Positions 1-8,833 of a stretch of DNA of 64,000 nucleotides are shown here, piece by piece. Both the position numbers and the translations under genes were made by a program. The DNA is from Chlorobiaceae bacterium (lineage in GTDB: Bacteria; Bacteroidota; Chlorobiia; Chlorobiales; Chlorobiaceae): NCBI GenBank assembly GCA_016931495.1, contig JAFGER010000017.1:835-64834 (forward strand), in the 5' to 3' direction. The first letter of the stretch is position 1. Every line of letters starts with the position of its first letter. The notes beneath the pieces are model-generated. The model had not been told where the DNA came from. It was given only the letters and a program-made list of their open reading frames with translations, and made no database searches.

Positions 1-1282
1 CGCGGAAACGCTTGATCTTGACATCCTCCTTGCCGATGATGAGAGCGGCGGTGGACTTGATCCCTTTTTTGGCCTGTTCGGCTTTTCTCGATGCCTGCCA
101 CGGCGCTGCGGAGATGAGCGTCGGGATCAGGGCGACCTTGCCGCTCTTGATCTCGCCGGGCTGCGAGCGCACGAAGCGTCCACGCTTGCTGTTGAGCGCT
201 TCGCCCCGGCTTCCGGATTTGGCCTTCTTTTTCGAGGCAAGCGAGATGTTGAGGATGTTGTCGGGCAGTTCGGTTTCGACGGCATCCATCATCAGCTCCT
301 CGATCATGTCGGGAGTCTCCTCCTGCTCCTCCTCGGCATTGGAGTCGGTCTCGTCCGGCGGCGCGTTTTCGTCCTCGCCCTCCTGTTCCGGCTGCTCCTC
401 CTCCTGCGGCGGCGGCTCCTCCTGGGCCATCTCCTCCGGCGAAGGTTCGCGCTCGGGCATGCGGGTCGCCCTCGGCACCAGCACCAGCTTCATGGCGAGC
501 TTCAGATCCTCGTCGTCCACCTCGGTGCGCTGGTTCAGCGCGGCGTTGGCGATGGCGGCGCGAATCGCGAAAATGTCAACGCGGTTGCCCTCGACGCCGA
601 GGCTGATGGCGGTCTGGATGAGCCCCTTGATCTGCTCGTTGGTCATCGAGACCTTATGCAGCTGCTCCCTGGCGGCAGCGATGAGGCCGCGCAACATGCG
701 CAGCTCGTCCTGCGTGTCCTCCTCGTCGCGCGTGCCCATGACGATGTTGACGATCTGCTTGCGGGCGCGGTAGTCGTTGACCGGCGTAAACGGCACGATG
801 ATGCCGATGCGGTCGAGCAGTCCCATGCGCACCTCGCCGTCGCTCGGGTCGTAGGTGCCAACCAGCATGAAGTCCGCCGGATGCACCTCGCTGAGTCCCT
901 CGCGCTCGACCAGCACCACGCCACGGCTCATGGCGTCCATGATGTGCGACACCGCCGAGCTGTCGAGCAGGCTGAGCGAATCGACGTACAGCACGCCCTT
1001 GTGCGCTTTGGAGAGCACGCCGTGCTGCACGACGCGCTGGCCGGAAGCAAGCGTGGCTTCGAGATCGACACCGCCAATGAGGCGGTCTTCGGTCACGTTC
1101 AGCGGCAGCTCCACAAAGGGAGTGCCTTCAGGCAGAATATCAGAGAATGCCCTTGCCAGCGTCGATTTTCCCGAACCTACGGTCGAAGGAATCACGACAC
1201 CGCCAAGGGAAGGATCGACGGCCAGGAGCATGAGCGCCTGCTTGGCCAGATCCATTCCTACAATGTCGGTAAATGCTATCAT
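1..1282 (-). CDS. bchD: Magnesium chelatase subunit D (3' end runs off the window)
   Basis: Manual translation from ATG 1282: MIAFTDIVGMDLAKQALMLLAVDPSLGGVVIPSTVGSGKSTLARA..., AAA-like N-domain followed by an acidic/Pro-rich linker (EEPPPQEEEQPEQ). ATGA overlap with bchI stop. Absent from the ORF track because it has no stop in the window. Confidence 0.95.
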   Translation of the reverse strand, partial: MIAFTDIVGMDLAKQALMLLAVDPSLGGVVIPSTVGSGKSTLARAFSDILPEGTPFVELPLNVTEDRLIGGVDLEATLASGQRVVQHGVLSKAHKGVLYVDSLSLLDSSAVSHIMDAMSRGVVLVEREGLSEVHPADFMLVGTYDPSDGEVRMGLLDRIGIIVPFTPVNDYRARKQIVNIVMGTRDEEDTQDELRMLRGLIAAAREQLHKVSMTNEQIKGLIQTAISLGVEGNRVDIFAIRAAIANAALNQRTEVDDEDLKLAMKLVLVPRATRMPEREPSPEEMAQEEPPPQEEEQPEQEGEDENAPPDETDSNAEEEQEETPDMIEELMMDAVETELPDNILNISLASKKKAKSGSRGEALNSKRGRFVRSQPGEIKSGKVALIPTLISAAPWQASRKAEQAKKGIKSTAALIIGKEDVKIKRFR

Positions 1283-2451
1283 GCGGCTGCTTCGGCTTCT
1301 CCCAGTACTTTTGCGAGTTCGCGTTCGATTTTTTCACCCGCATCGACGGTTTCGAGCGGATCCTTGCGGAGGCGGTGGCGGAGGCAGAGACCGGCGATTT
1401 CGCGAACGTGCTTCATCGTCACCTCTTTGTCGCCCTCCCAGGCAGCGTAAGCGTGGGCGGTGCGGGTGATGGTCAATTCGCCGCGGTGGCCGTCGATGCC
1501 GAGGTTCATGCAGAGCCTGGCGATGTCGGTGAGCACCGCGTCGTCCATCGTGACCTGCGGCAGGAGTTCCTGCGCGGCGACGATCTTTTTCTGAAGCTTC
1601 TGCTGCTCTTTGGTGACCTTCTTCATGAAAGCTTCCGGATCCTCGTCGTACTCGCGGCGGAGCTTGACGATCTGCACGCGCTTGGCAACGTCGTTGATGG
1701 TGATGATTCGGGCGTGGAGACCGAAACGGTCGAGGAGCTGAGGGCGAAGCTCACCCTCTTCCGGGTTGCCGGAACCGACCAGCACGAAGCGGGCGGGGTG
1801 GCGGATGCTGATACCTTCGCGTTCGACCACGTTCTTGCCGCTGGCGGCCACGTCGAGGAGCACGTCAACGAGGTGGTCGTCGAGGAGGTTGACCTCGTCG
1901 ATGTAGAGGAAGCCACGGTTGGACTGGGCGAGCAGGCCAGGCTCGAACGCCTTGACGCCGCTGGTGAGCGCCTTTTCGATGTCGATGGTGCCGCAGACGC
2001 GATCTTCGGTGGCGCCAAGCGGAAGGTCAACGACAGGAACGGGAATCATTTCGGTCTTGACATCCCCGGCTTTGATTGCCGGAGCGCCTTTTCCGGCGGT
2101 CTCCATCTCGATGTACTGCTCGACGGTGCGGTTGTAAATATCGCCCTTGACGCGCGGAATGAACGGAAGCACCTCGGCGAGCGCGCGAACAGTCGTGCTC
2201 TTGCCGGTACCGCGATGACCCATGACCAGAACGCCGCCGATCCTCGGATCGATGATGTTGAGAATCAGACTGAGCTTCATCTCCTCCTGTCCGACGATGG
2301 CAGTGAAGGGGAATGCCAGGGCACTTTTCTTCTTGGCAGCCGGCTTTTTGACTTCAGTTGCAGCCTGTGCTTCTGCGGTTGCCTTGGCTTCCGTGGTGGC
2401 CTTTGCCCTGGCTGAAGTGGTCTTTTTTGCGGCTTTGGCAGTCTGGGTCAT
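1279..2451 (-). CDS. bchI: Magnesium chelatase ATPase subunit I
   Basis: FPFTAIVGQEEMK, GHRGTGKST Walker A, DLPLGATEDRVCG, LYIDEVNLLDDHLVD, LRPQLLDRFG. ATG at 2451 chosen over TTG 2457. Confidence 0.97.
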   Translation of the reverse strand: MTQTAKAAKKTTSARAKATTEAKATAEAQAATEVKKPAAKKKSALAFPFTAIVGQEEMKLSLILNIIDPRIGGVLVMGHRGTGKSTTVRALAEVLPFIPRVKGDIYNRTVEQYIEMETAGKGAPAIKAGDVKTEMIPVPVVDLPLGATEDRVCGTIDIEKALTSGVKAFEPGLLAQSNRGFLYIDEVNLLDDHLVDVLLDVAASGKNVVEREGISIRHPARFVLVGSGNPEEGELRPQLLDRFGLHARIITINDVAKRVQIVKLRREYDEDPEAFMKKVTKEQQKLQKKIVAAQELLPQVTMDDAVLTDIARLCMNLGIDGHRGELTITRTAHAYAAWEGDKEVTMKHVREIAGLCLRHRLRKDPLETVDAGEKIERELAKVLGEAEAAA

Positions 2452-2675
2452 AGTCAATTGGTTGGTTAATACCCGACCCGGGCTTTGCCGATCACGGTTT
2501 CCCGGCAGGGGCTTTCTTGGTGAAGACTAAAGACAAAAATCGATAATGAACTCTGAATTTATGCTTTTGGCATAGACATAACAAACGCTTTTCATGAATG
2601 TGACGAGGAAAAAAGGCGTTACCGGCCGCCACCGAAGTGCCACGATTGCGAGCGCTGCCGGGGGCATTACGATTA

Positions 2676-2711
2676 GTCGGATCAGATCGATCGGTCTGAT
2701 CCGACTGATCT
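2676..2711. repeat. 9-bp-period micro-array / palindrome (GTCGGATCA-type)
   Basis: Units GTCGGATCA|GATCGATCG|GTCTGATCC|GACTGATCT at 2676, 2685, 2694, 2703. 12-bp stem AGTCGGATCAGA/TCTGATCCGACT. Confidence 0.75.
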
Positions 2712-2723
2712 CCCCTCCCCCGT

Positions 2724-4136
2724 TCACCCCATGCTCTGCAATGCCGCGAACGCAGCTTCGCGAACCGTTTCCGACAGCGTCGGGTGGGCGTGAACCGTGG
2801 TGGTGATGCCCTCCGCGGTGACGCCGTAGCGGCAGGCGAGGCCGAGTTCGCCGATCAGCTCGACGGCGTCGTGGCCGATGAGATGGCCGCCGAGCATCTT
2901 GCCGGTGGCGGCGTCGAAGACGAGCTTCACGAACCCTTCGAGCTGGCCAAAGGCGTTGGCCTTGCCGGACGCTGCGAACTGCGAGCGGCCAACCACGACT
3001 TCGTGCCCGGCTTTGATCGCCGCCTCTTCGGTCAGACCGACTGACGCCACCGAGGGCTGGGAATAGACGCAGCGCGGAATGAGAGCTTCCGCGAGCGGTT
3101 CGGGCGACTTTCCGGCGATGGCTTCGACCGCAATCGCGGCTTCGGCGGACGCCTTGTGCGCCAGCAGCATTCCGCCGCGCACGTCGCCGATGGCCCAGAT
3201 GCCCGGCGCGGAGGTGCGGCACTGCGCGTCGGTGCGGATGAATCCGCGCTCCGTCTCGACGCCCGCCGCTTCGAGGCCAAGTCCGTCGATCCCGCCAGTC
3301 ACGCCGACCGCCACGAGCAGGCACGCCGCTTCGAGCTTTTGCGGCTCCTGTCCTTCGACGACCAGCTCCGCGCTCACTCCGGCATCGCTGACAGCAACGT
3401 TGTCGAGCTTCGCGCCGCAGTGCACCGCGATGCCTGCTTTCTCGAACGAGCGCTTCAGCGCCTCCGAAACCTCCGCCTCCTCGGCGGGCAGAATGCGCTC
3501 CATCAGCTCGACGATGGTCACCTGCGCGCCTGCCTTGGCGTAAAACCACGCCATCTCGACGCCAATCGCCCCGCCGCCGACCACGATCATCGACTCCGGC
3601 ACCTCCTTGAAAATCAGCGCCTCGCGGCTCGTGATGATCTTCTTGCCGTCCGGCTCCAACCCCGGAATCACCCGCTGCTTCGAGCCCGTCGCCACGATGA
3701 TGTTCCGCGCTTCGAGCGTGCGCGTGGAGCCGTCCTGCGCCGTCACCGCGACGCCATTGCCGCCGGTCAGCACCGCCTCGCCCGGCCACACCTCGACCTT
3801 CGCCCGCTTCAGCATGAACTCCACGCCCTTCGAGCTTTTCAGCGCAACGTTCCGGCTGCGCTTGACCGCCTGCGCGAGATCGAACGCCGCCTCGCCTACG
3901 GTGACGCCGAAGGTCGCGGGATTCCGCGCCAGATCGTACACCTCGGCGCTTCGAAGCAGCGCCTTGGTCGGAATGCAGCCCCAGTTGACGCACACGCCGC
4001 CAAGCGCTGCCTTTTCGACGAGGCAGGTCTTCAGACCGTGACGCGCGGCGTGAATCGCCGCTTCATAACCGCCGGGGCCGGAGCCGATCACGGCAACATC
4101 AAATTGCGCGGTGGAATTGTCTGTCTGCTGCTGCAT
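2724..4136 (-). CDS. lpdA: Dihydrolipoamide dehydrogenase
   Basis: GSGPGGY FAD motif, GGVCVNWGCIPTK redox disulfide, GGGAIG NAD motif, HAHPTLSE C-terminus. Confidence 0.96.
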   Translation of the reverse strand: MQQQTDNSTAQFDVAVIGSGPGGYEAAIHAARHGLKTCLVEKAALGGVCVNWGCIPTKALLRSAEVYDLARNPATFGVTVGEAAFDLAQAVKRSRNVALKSSKGVEFMLKRAKVEVWPGEAVLTGGNGVAVTAQDGSTRTLEARNIIVATGSKQRVIPGLEPDGKKIITSREALIFKEVPESMIVVGGGAIGVEMAWFYAKAGAQVTIVELMERILPAEEAEVSEALKRSFEKAGIAVHCGAKLDNVAVSDAGVSAELVVEGQEPQKLEAACLLVAVGVTGGIDGLGLEAAGVETERGFIRTDAQCRTSAPGIWAIGDVRGGMLLAHKASAEAAIAVEAIAGKSPEPLAEALIPRCVYSQPSVASVGLTEEAAIKAGHEVVVGRSQFAASGKANAFGQLEGFVKLVFDAATGKMLGGHLIGHDAVELIGELGLACRYGVTAEGITTTVHAHPTLSETVREAAFAALQSMG

Positions 4137-4286
4137 AACTGTAAAGGATTATGGATCGGTCACTTCGTCCTGAATCTGCGGCGATGAACGATCACGGTTG
4201 CAGAGGATGAATCTTTGTGTATACTAATGTCAAATAAAAATCATGAGCGAACTTGTTTCGAAAGAGAAGCGTCTTTTACGCCTTTT

Positions 4287-4403
4287 GTCACTCTGAACGC
4301 AGTGAAGAATCCAGTTTCTTACACGCTCAATATCTGACTGATTAGTAATGACTTACAACATTTTACCGGATTCTTCACTGCGCGTTGCTTCGTTCAGAAT
4401 GAC
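4287..4403. repeat. REP/MITE-like inverted repeat
   Basis: Left arm GTCACTCTGAACGCAGTGAAGAATCC (4287-4312). Right arm GGATTCTTCACTGCG-(10 nt insert)-TTCAGAATGAC (4368-4403). AT-rich spacer. Confidence 0.75.
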
Positions 4404-4469
4404 CGTCGTCCGTAAACTCGAAGTTCACCTTTCGCTGACCTGATCGAGACAGCATCGAGCCGTCACAAA

Positions 4470-5519
4470 ATGCAAAAAGAGCCGATAAAAACCGAATCGC
4501 CCGCCGAGCTTCCGCCGGAACTGGAACCGAAGAAGATGACCATTCAGGTCAGCAAGGTGCAGACACCGATGCGCATCGACCGCTACCTCGCCCAGCAGGT
4601 GGAGAACGCCACGCGCAACAAGGTGCAGGAGGCCATCGAAGAGCAGCGCGTGCTGGTCAACGGCAGGCCGGTCAAGTCGAACTACCGCATCAAATCGAAC
4701 GACCAGATTCACATCACCTTCCTGCGTCCGCCCGCGCCGGAGCTTGCGCCGGAGGACATTCCGATCACCATTCTCTACGAGGATGACGACCTCATGGTGA
4801 TCGACAAGGAGGCCGGCATGGTGGTGCATCCGGCCTTCGGCAACTGGACGGGTACGCTCGCCAACGCGATTCTGCACCATCTCGGCAAGGATGCGGAGGA
4901 ACTCGACAAAACGGAGATGCGCCCCGGCATCGTGCACCGGCTCGACAAGGATACTTCGGGCCTCATCATCATCGCCAAGAATCCGACGGCGCTGCACCGG
5001 CTCGCCACGCAGTTCGCGCGGCGGCAGGTCGAGAAGGTCTATAAAGCGATTGTTTGGGGCGTGCCCAGTCCGCCGTCGGGGACAATAAAGACGAACATCG
5101 CCCGCTCGCACAAAAACCGCAAGGTGATGGCGAACTTCCCGTTCGAGGGCGCGGAAGGCAAGCACGCCATCACCGACTACCTGGTTGTCGAAGACCTCAC
5201 GTACTTCTCGCTGATGGACATGACGCTGCACACGGGGCGCACGCACCAGATTCGCGTGCACCTGCAACACCTCGGCCATCCGATTCTCGGCGACGAAACC
5301 TACGGCGGCGCGACGCCGCGCACGCTGCCCTTCAGCAAGAGCGAGCAGTTCACGAAAAACCTGCTGGAGCTGATGCCCCGCCAGGCGCTGCACGCCGAAA
5401 CGCTCCGCTTCCGCCAGCCCACCACCGGCGAGCCGCTCGCCTTCACCGCCCCGCTTCCGCCGGACATGCTGGCCTTGCTCGACAGAATCAGAAGCGTCAT
5501 CACGGCGTCTCGGGCCTGA
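4470..5519 (+). CDS. rluD: RluA/RluD-family pseudouridine synthase
   Basis: S4-like N-terminus (RIDRYLA), GIVHRLDKDTSG, GRTHQIRVH, HPILGDETYG. Confidence 0.93.
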   Translation: MQKEPIKTESPAELPPELEPKKMTIQVSKVQTPMRIDRYLAQQVENATRNKVQEAIEEQRVLVNGRPVKSNYRIKSNDQIHITFLRPPAPELAPEDIPITILYEDDDLMVIDKEAGMVVHPAFGNWTGTLANAILHHLGKDAEELDKTEMRPGIVHRLDKDTSGLIIIAKNPTALHRLATQFARRQVEKVYKAIVWGVPSPPSGTIKTNIARSHKNRKVMANFPFEGAEGKHAITDYLVVEDLTYFSLMDMTLHTGRTHQIRVHLQHLGHPILGDETYGGATPRTLPFSKSEQFTKNLLELMPRQALHAETLRFRQPTTGEPLAFTAPLPPDMLALLDRIRSVITASRA

Positions 5520-5609
5520 GAACGCTCAGACGCTCGGCGGTGTTACTTCTCCGCCCGTATCGCTTATATTGGCGGTATTACTTTTCAACCTCCGGAACAG
5601 TGCAAACCA

Positions 5610-6191
5610 ATGAAAGTCATCGGAATCAATGGCAGCCCCCGCCCGGCGGGCAACACCTCGATCATGCTCAAAACCGTTTTCGAGGTGCTCGAACAGGAGG
5701 GCATCGAAACGGAACTGCTTCAGGTTGGCGGCACCGGCATCAGGGGATGCCGCGCCTGTTACGCCTGCATCAAAACAAAAAACCGTGAGTGCTCGATCAA
5801 AGGGGACGGCTTCAATGAAATTTTTGAAAAGATGGTCGAAGCCGACGGCATGATTCTCGCCTCACCGGTCTATTTCGCCGACATCACCCCGGAGCTGAAA
5901 GCGCTCATCGACCGCGCGGGCTTCGTGTCGCGAACCAACGGCCAGCTCTTCCGCCACAAGGTCGGCGCTTCGGTCGTCTCGCTCCGGCGCGGCGGCGGCG
6001 TGCACGCTTTCGACAGCATCAACCACCTCTTCCAGATCTGCCAGATGTTCATGGTCGGCTCGACCTACTGGAACATGGGCTTCGGCGGACGCGACGGCGG
6101 CGAGGTGGTCAACGATACCGAAGGCATGGAGAACATGCGCGACCTCGGCAAATCGATGGCGTTTCTCCTGAAGAAGCTGAATGCGGGTTAA
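5610..6191 (+). CDS. Flavodoxin-like iron-sulfur flavoprotein / NADPH-dependent FMN reductase family
   Basis: INGSPRPAGNT, CxxCxxC-x6-C cluster motif (CRACYACIKTKNREC), ASPVYF. Confidence 0.85.
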   Translation: MKVIGINGSPRPAGNTSIMLKTVFEVLEQEGIETELLQVGGTGIRGCRACYACIKTKNRECSIKGDGFNEIFEKMVEADGMILASPVYFADITPELKALIDRAGFVSRTNGQLFRHKVGASVVSLRRGGGVHAFDSINHLFQICQMFMVGSTYWNMGFGGRDGGEVVNDTEGMENMRDLGKSMAFLLKKLNAG

Positions 6192-6240
6192 CGCTCCTGT
6201 ATCTCTCCAGCGGCAAGAACACACCAAAGCCACGCTGGGA

Positions 6241-6491
6241 GAAATTGGGCTAAAGCCCTGAAATATTTTGATTTATCTATATACCCCGGACTAAAGTCCA
6301 GGGCAATTATCAAGAGTTTCAGTAGCATCCATTCATTACGGACTCTTGCGTTCATGTTGCCCCGGCTTCTTAAATTCAGGAGGGATTCATCCCGACGGAC
6401 ATTCAAATCTTACATTCTCATCTGTTGCCCCGGCTTTCATGCCGGGGATTATGGATAGAGACAAAATTAATCAGGGCTTCAGCCCAATTTC
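6241..6491. repeat. REPIN/MITE-like inverted doublet
   Basis: Unit GAAATTGGGCTAAAGCCCTGA...CCCCGGACTAAAGTCCAGGGCAATT at 6241-6310 and an inverted copy at about 6423-6491. Terminal 21-mers match at 20 of 21 positions. A third copy lies at 18851. Confidence 0.85.
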
Positions 6492-6522
6492 TTGAGCCAT
6501 CCAAAACGATCCCTGACCACGT

Positions 6523-8703
6523 ATGCGAACACTCCGATTTTCTGCCCTCTGGAGCCTTGCTGCCCTGCTTTTTGCCCCATCAGCACTTGCCGGAAATCCG
6601 GCGAATATGGATGCGCCATCGGCCAGCACAGTCGAAACGGTGTGCGGCCAGCGCATCACCGACCCCTACCGGCCGCTTGAAAATCTCAAAGACCCGGAAG
6701 TTCAGGCCTGGTACAAGCGGCAGTCTGATCATGCGCGCGCGGTGCTCGACGCCATTCCGGGCCGCGGAGAGCTGCTCGGCAAGATGGTGGAGTTCGACAA
6801 GCGCCGTTCGGAGAAGATTTACAACCTCTCGATCACCGACAACGACCGCTACTTCTACCTCAAGCAGACGCCCGCCGACGAGACCGGCAAGCTCTTTTTC
6901 CGGCAAGGTTTCGAGGGCGAGGAGCGGCTGCTTTTCGACCCGGCGACCTGGAAAAATGGCGGCAACGGCGGCAACTTCGTCATCAGCCGGGTGTCGCCGA
7001 ACATCGACGGCTCGAAGGTGGTGATCGGCGTTTCGGCGAACGGTTCGGAAGATGCGATCCTGTTCGTCATGGAGGTCAAAAGCGGCGGCATCTGGCCGGA
7101 ACGCATCGACCGCGGACGGTTCGCCTCACCGTCGTGGCTGCCGGGCGGCAACGCTTTCTACTACACCCGCATGAACAGCAACGACCCGCTTGACCAGGAT
7201 CGGCAGAAAGACAGCCGGGTCTGGCTGCACCTCGTTGGAACCGATCCGGCGACCGACCGCGAAATTTTTTCGCGCACGCACGATCCCGAGCTGAAGATCA
7301 GGCCGGAGGACATTCCCTACGTTTCGTACGACCACAAGAGCCGCAAGCTCTATGCCTTTGTGAGCAGCGTCGATCCGCGCATCACCGCCTGGTACGCCCC
7401 CGCCGACGCAATCGGCAAGCATGAGATTCCGTGGAAGCCGCTTTTCCGCCCGGAAGACGAGGTGTACGATTTCGCGGCGACCAAACGCGACCTTTACATT
7501 TTCACCCCGAAAAACGCGCCCCGCTTCAAGGTGCTGAAAACCGCGCTCGACCGGCCCGATCTGGCGACCGCCGAAACGGTCATCGCCGAACCGGCGGAAG
7601 GCACCCTTACCAGCCTTGCGCTGACCGACAAGGGACTTTTCTACACCATCTCGACCAACGGCGTCCGCGAGGAGCTGTACCATCAGGAGTACGGCGGCAC
7701 GCAGCCGGAACGGATCGAAACTCCGTTCGAAGCGGGAACCATGTCGATCGCATCGAAAGGATTCGACAAACCGGAACTCTGGACAATCATGGGCGGATGG
7801 AACCGCGACTATCGCCGCTACCGCTACGACGTTCAACGCAACCGTTTCATCGACGAAACGCTCTCGTCGAAAGCGCGATTCCCCGAATACGACGACCTCG
7901 AAGTCCGGGAAGTGATGGTTCCATCGCACGATGGCGTCAAGGTGCCGCTGTCGCTCATCTATGATCGCGGAATGAAAAAGGATGGCAGGAATCCTGTGCT
8001 GATTTACGGCTACGGCGCATACGGCAACGCGATCACGCCCTTCTTCAGCCCGTCGCTCTTGCTGTGGACGTACAAGGGCGGCATCCTCGCCGTGGCGCAC
8101 GTGCGCGGCGGCGGCGAGCTTGGCGACGACTGGCACAAGGCTGGCCAGAAAACCACCAAGCCGAACACCTGGAAAGACCTCATCGCCTGCGCCGAATACC
8201 TCGTCAGGGAGGGCTACACCTCGCCGCAGCACATCGCCATCAACGCGGCCAGCGCTGGCGGCATCCTCGTGGGACGGGCGATGACCGAGCGCCCCGACCT
8301 CTTTGCCGCCGCCATGCCGCAGGTCGGCGTGCTCAATGCGCTGAGAGGCGAATTCAGCCCCAACGGCCCGGTCAACATTCCCGAATTCGGTACGGTCAGA
8401 AACCCGGCGGAGTGCAAGGCGCTTTTAGAAATGGATGCCTACCACCACCTCCGCGACGGCGTCAGCTACCCGGCGGCGCTCATCACCGCCGGCATCAACG
8501 ACCCGAGAGTCCCCGCCTGGCAACCCGCCAAATTCGCCGCCAGATTGCAGGAAGCCACTGCCTCCGGCAAGCCGGTACTTTTCTTCACCGACTACGAAGC
8601 GGGCCACGGCATCGGCGACATGAAAACAAAACAGTTCGAATCGCTCGCGGATATGCTCAGCTTCGGCCTGTGGCAAACCACCGGCGGCAAAGCCGCCGAA
8701 TGA
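6523..8703 (+). CDS. Secreted prolyl oligopeptidase (S9A)
   Basis: Signal peptide, DPYRPLE N-terminal motif, YGYGAYG, AHVRGGGELG, catalytic AASAGG / GINDPRV / AGHG. Confidence 0.93.
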   Translation: MRTLRFSALWSLAALLFAPSALAGNPANMDAPSASTVETVCGQRITDPYRPLENLKDPEVQAWYKRQSDHARAVLDAIPGRGELLGKMVEFDKRRSEKIYNLSITDNDRYFYLKQTPADETGKLFFRQGFEGEERLLFDPATWKNGGNGGNFVISRVSPNIDGSKVVIGVSANGSEDAILFVMEVKSGGIWPERIDRGRFASPSWLPGGNAFYYTRMNSNDPLDQDRQKDSRVWLHLVGTDPATDREIFSRTHDPELKIRPEDIPYVSYDHKSRKLYAFVSSVDPRITAWYAPADAIGKHEIPWKPLFRPEDEVYDFAATKRDLYIFTPKNAPRFKVLKTALDRPDLATAETVIAEPAEGTLTSLALTDKGLFYTISTNGVREELYHQEYGGTQPERIETPFEAGTMSIASKGFDKPELWTIMGGWNRDYRRYRYDVQRNRFIDETLSSKARFPEYDDLEVREVMVPSHDGVKVPLSLIYDRGMKKDGRNPVLIYGYGAYGNAITPFFSPSLLLWTYKGGILAVAHVRGGGELGDDWHKAGQKTTKPNTWKDLIACAEYLVREGYTSPQHIAINAASAGGILVGRAMTERPDLFAAAMPQVGVLNALRGEFSPNGPVNIPEFGTVRNPAECKALLEMDAYHHLRDGVSYPAALITAGINDPRVPAWQPAKFAARLQEATASGKPVLFFTDYEAGHGIGDMKTKQFESLADMLSFGLWQTTGGKAAE

Positions 8704-8830
8704 TGAATGATGAATTTTAAATGATGAATTGCAGGGGGTGCAGTGAAGCGCCCCTGCGCAACCATTTCCGTCCTCCGTCCACGAAGTCCACAACGTCCAC
8801 AACGTCCACCGAGTCCACTTCGTCCACGCC
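8701..8830 (+). repeat. Composite 7-mer repeat + hairpin + GTCCACnnn array
   Basis: TGATGAA-type 7-mers at 8701-8728, imperfect hairpin at 8731-8757, GTCCAC at 8777, 8786, 8795, 8804, 8813, 8822 (exact 9-bp period). Confidence 0.9.
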
Positions 8831-8833
8831 AAC

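Noticed and set aside
290-450. Glu/Pro-rich low-complexity repeat
   Set aside because: This is the normal acidic-proline linker of BchD.
8777-8830. GTCCAC arrays as mini-CRISPR
   Set aside because: 6-nt repeats with 3-nt spacers are far below CRISPR dimensions; no leader or cas genes.
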